Assembly (NCBI GenBank): GCA_963775425.1
Contig: CAVZJB010000004.1
Coordinates: 416,001-480,000, forward strand
Direction: 5' to 3'
DNA: 64,000 bases
DNA from: an uncultured delta proteobacterium
Lineage (GTDB): Bacteria; Myxococcota; UBA727; VGSZ01
In this document: one piece after another, positions 1 through 8,608 of the stretch
Layout of the letters: each line of letters opens with the position of its first letter
Position numbering within the stretch: the first letter of the stretch is position 1
The notes under the pieces: model-generated
Database searches by the model: none
Told to the model about the DNA's origin: nothing
The model's input: the letters and a program-made list of their open reading frames with translations, nothing else
Program-made: the position numbers and the translations under genes

Positions 1-273
1 GTCGTCCACGAGGACGGTCGCCCCAATCTCAGCGCAGAGCGGCACGGCACGGCCCGCGCGCTCGATGATCCCGCGCATCCCCGGCGCCGTCGTGAGCAGC
101 CAGCCCGAGGCCGACCGCACGAGGAGCGGGTGGCTCTCGGCGTGCTCGAGGGGAACGAAGAGGTCGTCGCTCGGCAGGCGCCCAACGGTGAGGGTGCGCT
201 CCTCGACGAGCTTCCTCACCTCGACGACGTCACGCCCCCAACGCAGCACCACCTCGACGAAGCTGTCGGCCAT
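1..273 (-). CDS. GltG/AgmX-PglI family paralog lacking the N-terminal FHA domain (5' part only; runs off the left edge)
   Basis: Not in the ORF track; translated by hand. ATG at 273 with GGAGG upstream gives MADSFVEVVLRWGRDVVEVRKL...DLFVPLE...LLVRSASGWLLTTAPGMRGIIERAGRAVPL. This aligns with the middle domain of the neighbouring GltG (RYVEVTIKWGNDVVDCKRV...MFVPLDG...LLRSSEGGGWTVHYTKAMSGNVSRGDASVPL). Confidence 0.8.
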   Translation of the reverse strand, partial: MADSFVEVVLRWGRDVVEVRKLVEERTLTVGRLPSDDLFVPLEHAESHPLLVRSASGWLLTTAPGMRGIIERAGRAVPLCAEIGATVLVDD

Positions 274-292
274 CGCATCCTCCGCGTGTCCG

Positions 293-321
293 AGAGACCG
301 CGGCCGCGCACCCGCGGTTCC
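293..321 (-). promoter_or_regulatory. ECF sigma-like promoter GGAACC-N17-GTCTCT upstream of the second gltG
   Basis: Minus-strand GGAACC at 321-316 and GTCTCT at 298-293, just downstream of a terminator. The same architecture occurs upstream of gltG and gltF. Confidence 0.55.
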
Positions 322-327
322 CCGCGG

Positions 328-365
328 AGAAAACGAAACCGCGGCCTCCAGGGCCGCGGTTTCGT
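328..365 (-). terminator. Intrinsic terminator after gltG
   Basis: Perfect 14-bp stem ACGAAACCGCGGCC / GGCCGCGGTTTCGT (333-346 / 352-365), followed by TTTCT on the minus strand, ~30 nt after the gltG stop. Confidence 0.75.
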
Positions 366-396
366 CACGCTCGCAGGAGCCTGGACGCGTCGACGC

Positions 397-2691
397 TCAA
401 CCGCCCTGCTTGAACACGAAGGGGTAGCTGACGATCACGATGCCGCCGCCCTTGGGCTTCGGGAACACCCACGTCTTGATCTTCGAGGCGAGGCAGTTCT
501 CGACGTTGGCGTTGTGCATCTGGGTCTCCTCGGTCTGCGCCTGCGTCACGCGGCCGCCGCCGTTGATGACCCACTTCATCTTGATCTTGCCGAAGATGCC
601 GGGCGTCCTCGTGAGCTCGCGCTCGTAGCAGTAGCGGATCTGCGACGCGTGCTCGCGCACGACGCGGCGGATGATCTCCTTGTCGAGGGAGCCGAGGATG
701 ACGGGCGTCCCCTGCGTCATCGTGACGTCGTGGTCGCTCTTGTTGCCGAGGCCGCCTTCGCCGGAGCCGTAGCCGGCTTCACCGGAGCCGCGGCCGCGGG
801 TGCCGACCTTGCCCGTGCCGAGGGTGTTGAGGCCGACGCCGCCGCCGCCGGGGCCGCCGCCGCGCAGGCCGAGGCCGCCGACGCCGCCGGACGCGCCGAC
901 GCGCGCGCCGTCGATGCCGCCGAGGGCTGCTTCGAGCGCGCCGCCGCCGGTGTCGTTGTCGAAGAGCTGGGCGATGCCGCCGGCGCCCTTGTCACCGAAC
1001 AGCGCGTTGAGCTTGCTGGACACGACCTGCTCGTCGGTGGGCTTCTGCGCCTTCACCGCCATCTTGTTGTGCGTCTCTTCCTTCATCTTCTTGTCGCCGG
1101 CCTTGCCCTTGTCGTTCTTGGCCGCCTGCTTGGCCGCCTTGGGCCCCTTGAGGCTCTTCAAGAAGGAGTTGTCCTTGGGCGGCGGCTTCAAGATCATCGT
1201 CTGGAACTTGGACGGGTTCGTGAGGAGGTCGTCCTCCATCGAGTCCAGGCCGACGGGCATCAGCGTCACCACCGCGAGCATGGCCGTGGTGGCGAACATG
1301 GTCACCACCGCCGTGTTCGCCCACAGCACGTCGAAGATCGGCGCGATGGGGATGATCTTGGACTTCGGCACCACGCGCACTTCGACGACGAACTGCCCGA
1401 TGGAGAGCTGCACGCGGGTGTCGTCGGTGAGCTGCAGCGAGAAGCCGCTGCCGTCGGGCGCGCCGCCGGCCTGCGCGAGCGGCACGCTGGCGTCGCCGCG
1501 CGAGACGTTGCCCGACATCGCCTTGGTGTAGTGCACGGTCCAGCCGCCGCCCTCCGAGGAGCGCAGGAGGTCCCAGGTGGGCCCGTCGGCGAAGCCATCG
1601 AGCGGGACGAACATCACCGGCGACTTGTTCTTCTTGCCGACGAGCGCCGACGCGTCGCGGGCGTCGTCCTGATCGACCTTGCCGATCACGACCGCGGGGA
1701 CGTTGCGCACGCGCTTGCAGTCGACGACGTCGTTGCCCCACTTGATGGTGACCTCGACGTAGCGGTTCTCCGGCGTGACGCGGTCTTCGGGGATGGGCGG
1801 GAGCGGCGGCGCCGCCATCATCAGCGCCGGCCCCGTCTCCGCGGTCTGCGGCGGGCGCGCCAGCGGGCGCGCCGCGGCGGGCGGCGACGTCGGCCGCGGC
1901 CCGGGCTGCGCCGGCGCGCGCGCGGCGGCCGGCGCCGCGACGGCGGCGGGCGGCGACGTCGGCGACGCGGCCGCAGATGACGGCGCAGATGACGGCGCAG
2001 ATGACGGCGCAGATGACGGCGCAGATGACGGCGCAGATGACGGCGCAGACGGCGGCGCCGTGGGCACCTGCTGCAGCGGCTGCGTCCTGGGCGCGTCCGT
2101 CGACGACGGCGCCACCTCGGAGGCCGGCGGGCGCGCGAACACCTCGCTGGTCTGCGTCCCCGCGGGCACGGAGCTGTTGAGCTCCGCCCGCAGCGCGTTC
2201 ACGTCGGTGGGCCCGGACGTGAACACGCCGGTGTGCGACGACAGCCCGCCCTCGAACGGGGACGCGGCGGGGGCGGCGGCAGCGGCGGGCGCAGCGGCAA
2301 CAGCGGCGGCGGCGGGCACGACCTCGGTGACGCTGGTGGCGCCGGGCGCGGAGGCGGCGGCGCCGCTCCCCCTGAGGGCCGCGATCTCGGTCTCGTCGAG
2401 GATGACCACCAGCCGCGAGTCGCCAAGGCCGACCTCGTCGCCGTGCTTGAGACGGACCCGGCTGACCTTGTCGCCGTTGACGCGCGTTCCCTCGGCGGAG
2501 CCCATGTCGATGATGGACACCTCGTTGCCGGCCGCGATGTCGATGACGGCGTGGATGCGCGAGACCTTGGGGTCCTCGAGGCGAAGGTGGGCCGACGCGA
2601 GGCGCCCGATCTTGATGATGTCGCGCTCGAAGACCTGTGTGTCGACGAGATTGTCGCCACGATGGACCTTGATGCCGATAGCGCGTGCCAT
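397..2691 (-). CDS. gltG: Gliding transducer GltG-like protein (FHA domain, Pro/Ala linker, TM helix, Gly-rich linker, TonB-C/AgmX-PglI C-terminal domain)
   Basis: N-terminal FHA (IKIGRLASAHLRLEDPKVSRIHAVI...DMGSAEGTRVNG), one TM helix, C-terminal GSLDKEIIRRVVREHASQIRYCYE...FPKPKGGGIVIVSYPFVF. Start moved to ATG 2691, preceded by GAAGGAG. Synteny with gltD-E-F. Confidence 0.88.
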   Translation of the reverse strand: MARAIGIKVHRGDNLVDTQVFERDIIKIGRLASAHLRLEDPKVSRIHAVIDIAAGNEVSIIDMGSAEGTRVNGDKVSRVRLKHGDEVGLGDSRLVVILDETEIAALRGSGAAASAPGATSVTEVVPAAAAVAAAPAAAAAPAASPFEGGLSSHTGVFTSGPTDVNALRAELNSSVPAGTQTSEVFARPPASEVAPSSTDAPRTQPLQQVPTAPPSAPSSAPSSAPSSAPSSAPSSAPSSAAASPTSPPAAVAAPAAARAPAQPGPRPTSPPAAARPLARPPQTAETGPALMMAAPPLPPIPEDRVTPENRYVEVTIKWGNDVVDCKRVRNVPAVVIGKVDQDDARDASALVGKKNKSPVMFVPLDGFADGPTWDLLRSSEGGGWTVHYTKAMSGNVSRGDASVPLAQAGGAPDGSGFSLQLTDDTRVQLSIGQFVVEVRVVPKSKIIPIAPIFDVLWANTAVVTMFATTAMLAVVTLMPVGLDSMEDDLLTNPSKFQTMILKPPPKDNSFLKSLKGPKAAKQAAKNDKGKAGDKKMKEETHNKMAVKAQKPTDEQVVSSKLNALFGDKGAGGIAQLFDNDTGGGALEAALGGIDGARVGASGGVGGLGLRGGGPGGGGVGLNTLGTGKVGTRGRGSGEAGYGSGEGGLGNKSDHDVTMTQGTPVILGSLDKEIIRRVVREHASQIRYCYERELTRTPGIFGKIKMKWVINGGGRVTQAQTEETQMHNANVENCLASKIKTWVFPKPKGGGIVIVSYPFVFKQGG
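1973..2053. repeat. 12-bp tandem repeat (GCAGATGACGGC) x6 encoding (PSSA)n in the GltG linker
   Basis: Six perfect copies at 1973-2044 plus one degenerate copy; in frame. Confidence 0.95.
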
Positions 2692-2728
2692 TCTGACTCC
2701 TTCGCGTTCTTCGTCAGGCGCCCCCCGG

Positions 2729-2757
2729 TAGGACAAGCGCCCGAAGTCGCGAGTTCC
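2729..2757 (-). promoter_or_regulatory. ECF sigma-like promoter GGAACT-N17-GTCCTA upstream of gltG
   Basis: Minus-strand GGAACT at 2757-2752 and GTCCTA at 2734-2729; matches the sigmaE-type GGAACT...GTC consensus. Confidence 0.6.
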
Positions 2758-2774
2758 CTGACGGATCCCGGGCC

Positions 2775-3062
2775 CTAAGGCCCGAGGGGGAGCTCCTGGG
2801 CGGACGCCAGGAGCTCCCGTGTGAAGCTCTTGCGAAGCTGGATGAGGCTGCGGACGCCGCGCGCGCGCGGCGGCAGGGTGACGACGTTGTCGGGCTCGCG
2901 CAGGTCGCGTCCCACGATGACGTCGGGGGCGATCTCGATGACCTGCACGCGCTCACCCGTCGCCGGGAGCGCGCGCGCTCGATCGTGCGCGGGGCGCGCC
3001 TGCGCGAAGGCGGGCGCGGCCACGCTGGCGAAGAGGGCGACGATGAAGAGGGGACGCATCAC
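2775..3062 (-). CDS. Second, divergent GltF/CglF-like small secreted protein
   Basis: Signal peptide (APAFAQA). VIEIAPDVIVGRDLREPD...RSLIQLRKSFTRELLASAQEL parallels VINFEDDTIEGDLKTPD...RSLIRIRTDFRREVLGSISDL of the upstream gene. Start overlaps the gltF stop (GTGA). Confidence 0.75.
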   Translation of the reverse strand: MMRPLFIVALFASVAAPAFAQARPAHDRARALPATGERVQVIEIAPDVIVGRDLREPDNVVTLPPRARGVRSLIQLRKSFTRELLASAQELPLGP

Positions 3063-3346
3063 AGGTCCGAGATGGATCCCAGCACCTCGCGCCGGAAGTC
3101 GGTGCGGATGCGGATGAGGCTTCGATGGCGCATCTTCTTGCGGGCCTCGAGGTAGACGGCGTCGGGCGTCTTCAAGTCGCCTTCGATGGTGTCGTCCTCG
3201 AAGTTGATGACGGTCTTCCTGCTGTAGGAGACCCCGTTCTCGCTGACGGTGTCTTTCTTGTCTTGCGCGAGCACCGGGGACGATGTGGCCGCAATCGCCG
3301 TCACCGCGATCGCGATCAGCGGAAGGGGGAATCGCAAGCGCCTCAT
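3059..3346 (-). CDS. gltF: Gliding motility protein GltF/CglF
   Basis: Signal peptide and the family motif YSRKTVINFEDDTIEGDLKTPD...SLIRIRTDF. ATG 3346 preceded by GGAGGTG. Lies between gltE and gltG. Confidence 0.85.
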   Translation of the reverse strand: MRRLRFPLPLIAIAVTAIAATSSPVLAQDKKDTVSENGVSYSRKTVINFEDDTIEGDLKTPDAVYLEARKKMRHRSLIRIRTDFRREVLGSISDL

Positions 3347-3364
3347 GTCACACCTCCGGACAGA

Positions 3365-3392
3365 TCGGACACTACCACGACGTCGGGGTTCC
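3365..3392 (-). promoter_or_regulatory. ECF sigma-like promoter GGAACC-N16-GTCCGA upstream of gltF
   Basis: Minus-strand GGAACC at 3392-3387 and GTCCGA at 3370-3365, inside the ~170-bp gap between gltE and gltF. Confidence 0.6.
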
Positions 3393-3517
3393 ACTTCCAG
3401 AAGCCGGGCGTGCGAGGTGGGCCTGCATCGCACACAGGCCCTACGTGTCCGCATCGGCCACCCACCCGACGCCCCAAAGGGCCGGGCGCTGCGCCGCGCG
3501 GTCGACGTGACGGCGCA

Positions 3518-5083
3518 CTAGTCATCGTAGAATTTGTCGTCCGTCTCGGGCGCGAGCTGACCCTTGCCCTTCGTCTTCTTCTTCTTCTTCTTCTTCTTCA
3601 CCTTCTTCTTCTTTTCCTTGTCGGGCGGGGCGCTGGCGGCGTCGTCGGGCTTGTCGGCGCCGGCGTCGGCCGCGGGCGGCTGATCGCCGCCGCCGTTGTC
3701 GGCGACGGGCGGGCCCTCGGCGGGCGGTTGGCCGTCGGCGGGCGGCTGGCCCTCGGCGGGCGGCTGCCCCTCGGCGGGCGGCTGCCCCTCGGCGGGCGGC
3801 TTGGGGTTCTTGGCTTCCTCGGCGGCCTTGGCGGCGGCCTCGGCGGCGGCCTCCTCCTGCTGCTTCTTCTGCTCCTCGAGCATGCGCTTCTCCTCCGCTT
3901 TGGCGGAGATGAGCGCGTCGGCTTCCTTCAAGAGGTCGTCGGCCTCTTTGATGGGGCTCGACGTCTTGGCCATGTACTTGTCGAAGGCGCTCTTGGCGGC
4001 CTCCGGGTCCTGCAGGAAGCGCAGCTCGAGGATGCCGAGGTTCAAGGCGGCGTCGGCGTAGTTGTCGTCGACCTCGATGGCCTTTTCGTATTCGGCCTTC
4101 GCCTGATCGAACTGGCCGAAGCCCTTGAGCGCGAGGCCGAGGCTGTTGTGGAGGCTGGCGTTCTTGGGCTCCACGGCGATGAGCGCCTGCAACTGCGCCG
4201 CCGCCGTCTTCCAGTCCCGGTTGGACAGCGCCATCTCCGCGAGCGCCACGCGTGCGTCGACGTGGTTGGGGTCCTTCTCGATGACCTTGGTGTAGAGAGC
4301 GCGCGCGGTGGCGACGTCCTTTTCGTTCATCGAGACGATGGCGAGCGCGTAGTTGAGCTCGGCGTCGTCGGGCGAGAGCTTGAAGCCGCGCTGCACGATG
4401 AGGCGCGCGAGCTGCGGCTTGCGGGCTTCGGCGTACAGACGCGCGAGCAAGCGGTACGCCGCCAGCGAATGGCGGTCGTACATCAGCGCTTCGCGCGCGA
4501 GCCGCGAGGCGGTGTGCGCGTCGCCGTCGCGCTGGAGGATGCGCGCGAGCCGCAGGCGGGCCGACACGGCCTCGGGGTGGCGGTCGATGACGTCGGTGTA
4601 GAGGGCCTTGGCCTGGTCCATCTGCCCGCTCTGCTCGAGCAACAGGCCGAGGTTGTTCACGGCGGTGTCGAGCGAGGGATCGGCGTCGATGGCCGTGCGG
4701 TACGCGCGCGCGGCGTCGTCGACCTTACCGTCCTTCTCGTCGAGGACGCCCAGGTCGTAGTGGGCGACGGCCAGCTTGGGATCGGCCTCCGCGGCCTCCT
4801 TCAAAGCGTCGCGGGCGCCGCCGACGTCGTTGCTCTTGAGCTTGTCGGCGGCCTTCTGGAAGGCGACGGCCGCGTCCTCGGTGGTCTTGGTGCCCGCAGC
4901 GGCGCCGGTGCCCACCGAGGAGCTGCCGCCGCCGCCGCCGCCGCCGCCTGCCGCGCCGGTGGTCTTACAGGCCGCGGCGAGCGCGAGCGCCGCCACGGCG
5001 AGGACGAGGCGGGCGACGAGGCCGGATCGGCGACCGGAGGGAGCGGCCGCGCTCCAGCGGGCGGACGTGAGAGACCGGGTCAT
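3518..5083 (-). CDS. gltE: TPR-repeat lipoprotein GltE/AglT-like
   Basis: Lipobox-like ALAAAC and many TPR repeats (AHYDLGVL, AVNNLGLL, LHNSLGLAL, AALNLGIL). Pro-rich and poly-Lys tail. Lies between gltD and gltF. Confidence 0.82.
   Translation of the reverse strand: MTRSLTSARWSAAAPSGRRSGLVARLVLAVAALALAAACKTTGAAGGGGGGGGSSSVGTGAAAGTKTTEDAAVAFQKAADKLKSNDVGGARDALKEAAEADPKLAVAHYDLGVLDEKDGKVDDAARAYRTAIDADPSLDTAVNNLGLLLEQSGQMDQAKALYTDVIDRHPEAVSARLRLARILQRDGDAHTASRLAREALMYDRHSLAAYRLLARLYAEARKPQLARLIVQRGFKLSPDDAELNYALAIVSMNEKDVATARALYTKVIEKDPNHVDARVALAEMALSNRDWKTAAAQLQALIAVEPKNASLHNSLGLALKGFGQFDQAKAEYEKAIEVDDNYADAALNLGILELRFLQDPEAAKSAFDKYMAKTSSPIKEADDLLKEADALISAKAEEKRMLEEQKKQQEEAAAEAAAKAAEEAKNPKPPAEGQPPAEGQPPAEGQPPADGQPPAEGPPVADNGGGDQPPAADAGADKPDDAASAPPDKEKKKKVKKKKKKKKTKGKGQLAPETDDKFYDD
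3712..3801. repeat. 18-bp in-frame repeat encoding PPAEGQ x5 in the GltE tail
   Basis: Protein reads PPAEGQPPAEGQPPAEGQPPADGQPPAEGP; boundaries approximate. Confidence 0.85.
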
Positions 5084-8000
5084 TCGCTACCTCCACCGAC
5101 GGGCTCGTCGAAGCTCATGTCGCCGTCCTTGCCGGCGACGGGGGCGCTCACGGCGGGCGGCGCCTCCACCTTGACGCCCGGCGGCGGCGGCGGCGGCTCG
5201 GTGCCGGGCGCAGGCTTGGCCTTGTCGCCGATCTTGGGGATCTCGAGGACGAGGCCCATGCCATGCTCCGGCGGCCGCGTGGACACGGCGACCTTGTCGC
5301 GCTGCTCGAGGTTGTTCTTGGGGAACGTGTTGGGCCGGTGCTCCTCGAGGTACGCGAGGCACTTGCGCGTCCATTCGTTGAACACCGCGAACTGGGCGCT
5401 CTTGTCGAGGCAGAGCGTCATGTAGTTGGCCGCCGCCTCGTCGAAGGGCAGCGTCTGCTCTTCCAGCTTGGACTTGAACAGCTCGCTCTGCTCCTCGGTG
5501 AGCCCCCGGGGCGGCCTCACGGCGAGGATGGACTTCACGAGGTCGGCCGTCGCCTCGCCGTTTCTGAACAGCGAGGCCACCGCCCACTCCGGGCTCTTGA
5601 GCTTCACCACCGTGAGGTAGGCGGCGTCGACGGCGTCCTTGGCCTTGCGCTTCTGCTCGAGCGTGCTCTTGAACTGCTTGGGCTTGTCGGCCTTGGCGAT
5701 CTTGATCTTCTTGTACTTCTCGAGCACCTCGTCGGCGTTCTTGAACGCGACGAGCGCGAGCGGATCGCCGACGTCGTCGAGGGGCTTGCCCGTCTTCTTG
5801 TAGGCGGCGCCCTGGACGGCCAGCCCGCGCAGGGCTTTCTCCAGCGACGACTTGCCCTCGTGGTGCTTCACGCGGAGCTGGTACGCCTTGTACTGCGCGT
5901 TCAACGCCTTCACCGGGTCCTTGCGGCGCCACTTGTCCGCGAAGTCCTCGTACGACTCGATGGCCTTCCGGAGGTTGCCGGACTCCTCCCACGCCGTGGC
6001 GATGGAGTAGCTGACGTCCTCGGCGTCGTCGGCCTTGGGGTAGCTCTTCAGGTACTTCTCGCGGTCCGCGACGCCGGTGCGCGTGTCACCGGTGCCGACG
6101 CGGTAGATGCTCGCGTTGAACAAGGCGTCCTTGGCCCGGTCCTTCTGGCTCGGATCCTTGGCGTACTTCTCGTTGAACTTCTCGAGCCACGCCGCCGAGT
6201 CCTTGTAGGCGACAATCTGCTCGTACGCGTCGGCGATGTCGTACATCTGATCGGGGACGAGCGGGCTGTCCTTGTACGCGTTCACGAGCCGGATGCGCAC
6301 CTTGATCGCGCGGTCGAGCGCGCCCGCGCGGGTGAATGTGGCGGCGGCGTTGGCGAGCGCCTTGTCGGCGAGGGTGGACTTGGGGAACTCGTCGGCGAAC
6401 GCGAGGTAGCGCTTGCCGGCCTCCGGCCAGTTCTTCTCCTTCTCGTACTTGGCGATGAGCTTGAAGGACGACTCCTCGACGATCTTCCGCACGAGATCGA
6501 CGAAGTCGGGGTTCTTCATCAGCTTGTCGTTGGCGAGGAACTTGCGCGCCACCTTGTTCAGGTTCTCGTAGTCCTCCTGGATGCCATAGGTGTCGAGCAC
6601 CAGGTTGGCGGCCTGCTCGGCGCGCGGGTGATCGGGGAACTTGTCGATGAAGTCGAGGAAGCGCGGCGTGGACTCCTCGAAGTAGTTGTACTCGTAGAAC
6701 GTGCGCGCGATCTTGTACGTGGACTCGACGGCGATCTTTCCCTTCGGGTAGTTCTCGACGTAGTTCTTGCACGCCGCCATCAGCTTCTTCTTCACCTCGG
6801 GGATGGGCATCTTCTTCAAAGCCGATCCCGGGCTGATGGCCGCGGCGCCCTTGTTCTTCTGCGCACGGTCGTAGTCCTTGACCACCTCGTCGTAGGCGCG
6901 CACGGACTCCTCCGCCGACGCCTCCGCCCACTTCCCCTTCTTGTCCTGGAGGAAGACCTTCACGTACTGCTCGCCGGCCTGCTCGAACTTCTCCAGCTTG
7001 TAGAGGAGCTCGGCGTAGAAGAAGCGCATCTCGTACGCCTCTTTGCGCTCCGGGAAGAGGTCGAGGTAGTCGCCGTACAGCTCGTAGGCGTACTCGAACG
7101 TGTTGTTGTCGAGGGTCTTCTTGGCCTCGTTGTGCCAGGTGGTGGCGAGGTAGCGCAGGGTGTTGTCGGAGACGTCGTCGGCGGCCTTGAGGTCCGCCTC
7201 GACGTCCGACTTGCGCGGGTCGCCGTCCTTGATGCTCGCGAACACGCTGCGCACCCGCTTGTACTCGTCGGCGAGCTTGCGCGCCTGGCCCACCACCTGG
7301 CGCTTCTGGCCGATGCGCGAGGCCAGCTTGACGATCTTGCCCTGGTACAGGGGGTTCTTGGTGTTGGCGGGCTCCATCTTCATCAACGTCTGGTACGTGA
7401 TGATGGCGTCGCGATCCTTGCCGTCGCCGTAGTAGATGTCGGCGAGGCGCTCGAGCATGGAGCGCAGCTCGCCGGGCTCCTTGTCGTCGACGACCTGCTT
7501 GAACTCGTTGGGCGCCTGCGCCGCGCTACCGAACTGCGCATATGCGAGCACGTAGTCCTTGCGCGCCTCGCGGGCGAGGCCGATGCCGCGCTTGTCGTGC
7601 AAGAGCTTCATCTGCGAGTAGAGGATGACCTCCTTGAACTTCTCCGTGGCCTTGTCGAAGCGCGTGAGGTTGTAGAAGCACCACCCCTGCTTGTAGGTGG
7701 CGTAGCCGAACACCGTGGCCTCCTGGTTGGCGGCCGCCTTGGTGTACGCCTCGAGGGCCTTCTTGACGTCGCGCTCCTCCTCGGGCCCGACCTGGAAGTA
7801 GTACTCGCCGAACGCGAGCCACGCGTCGGCGATGTACTGCGCCTTGGGGAACTCCTTGATGAGCCGCCGGTAGACCTTGAGCGCGTCTCGGTACTGGTTC
7901 CTGTCCCAGTACGCCTGTCCGAGGCTGTACAGCACGTCCGGCATGCGCTCGTACTTGGGGTAGCGCCGCTCGATGGCCTCGTAGAGCTTGATGGCGTCCG

Positions 8001-8553
8001 TGCCCCACTTCTTCTGTTCCTTGAGCTCCTTCTCCTTGTCGTCCTGGAGCTGGAGCACCTTGGCGTCGTTGCCGTTCGAGAGCGCGGCGGCGATGGCGTC
8101 GTCCTTCTCCATGCCGTTGAAGAAGTGCTGCTGCCCTTCCTCCAGGAACAGCTCCGCTTTCTGGAAGTAGAGGTCGGGCTTCTCGTCCTCGGGCGGGTTC
8201 TGCTTCAAGATCTTGTTGAGCTGGTCGATGAGCTCTTTGCGCTTGGCGCCCGTCTTGCGTTCGATCTGGTGGCGATAGACCTGGTACGCGTCGGCGCCGA
8301 GGTCGCCGCCGGTGTTCACCTGCACCTTCTCGCGCGCCGCCTCCTGCACGACGGTGGGGACGCGCGCGTCGCGCTCCTTCTGCGCCTCCTCCGCCTCCTT
8401 CTTCTCCTGCTCGTCGGCCTTGGCGCCGATGCGGTCGGAGTCCTTCGGCGGCGCCATGGTGGGCGGCGCCCGATCCGGTTGTTCGTCGGCGAGCGTCGCC
8501 GGCACGCCCAACAGGGCGGTCGTCGCTGCGGCGGCGAGCAAAGTGCGTTTCAT
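5080..8553 (-). CDS. gltD: Large periplasmic TPR protein GltD/AgmU-like
   Basis: Signal peptide, ~1150 aa of TPR arrays and C-terminal FNEWTRKCLAYLEEHRPNTFP. ATG 8553 preceded by GAGGAG. Synteny. Confidence 0.85.
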   Translation of the reverse strand: MKRTLLAAAATTALLGVPATLADEQPDRAPPTMAPPKDSDRIGAKADEQEKKEAEEAQKERDARVPTVVQEAAREKVQVNTGGDLGADAYQVYRHQIERKTGAKRKELIDQLNKILKQNPPEDEKPDLYFQKAELFLEEGQQHFFNGMEKDDAIAAALSNGNDAKVLQLQDDKEKELKEQKKWGTDAIKLYEAIERRYPKYERMPDVLYSLGQAYWDRNQYRDALKVYRRLIKEFPKAQYIADAWLAFGEYYFQVGPEEERDVKKALEAYTKAAANQEATVFGYATYKQGWCFYNLTRFDKATEKFKEVILYSQMKLLHDKRGIGLAREARKDYVLAYAQFGSAAQAPNEFKQVVDDKEPGELRSMLERLADIYYGDGKDRDAIITYQTLMKMEPANTKNPLYQGKIVKLASRIGQKRQVVGQARKLADEYKRVRSVFASIKDGDPRKSDVEADLKAADDVSDNTLRYLATTWHNEAKKTLDNNTFEYAYELYGDYLDLFPERKEAYEMRFFYAELLYKLEKFEQAGEQYVKVFLQDKKGKWAEASAEESVRAYDEVVKDYDRAQKNKGAAAISPGSALKKMPIPEVKKKLMAACKNYVENYPKGKIAVESTYKIARTFYEYNYFEESTPRFLDFIDKFPDHPRAEQAANLVLDTYGIQEDYENLNKVARKFLANDKLMKNPDFVDLVRKIVEESSFKLIAKYEKEKNWPEAGKRYLAFADEFPKSTLADKALANAAATFTRAGALDRAIKVRIRLVNAYKDSPLVPDQMYDIADAYEQIVAYKDSAAWLEKFNEKYAKDPSQKDRAKDALFNASIYRVGTGDTRTGVADREKYLKSYPKADDAEDVSYSIATAWEESGNLRKAIESYEDFADKWRRKDPVKALNAQYKAYQLRVKHHEGKSSLEKALRGLAVQGAAYKKTGKPLDDVGDPLALVAFKNADEVLEKYKKIKIAKADKPKQFKSTLEQKRKAKDAVDAAYLTVVKLKSPEWAVASLFRNGEATADLVKSILAVRPPRGLTEEQSELFKSKLEEQTLPFDEAAANYMTLCLDKSAQFAVFNEWTRKCLAYLEEHRPNTFPKNNLEQRDKVAVSTRPPEHGMGLVLEIPKIGDKAKPAPGTEPPPPPPGVKVEAPPAVSAPVAGKDGDMSFDEPVGGGSE

Positions 8554-8608
8554 GGCGGAGCTCCTCAATTGCGACCGAAGGGGGCGGTCGCGATGCAATC
8601 GCGCGGCG

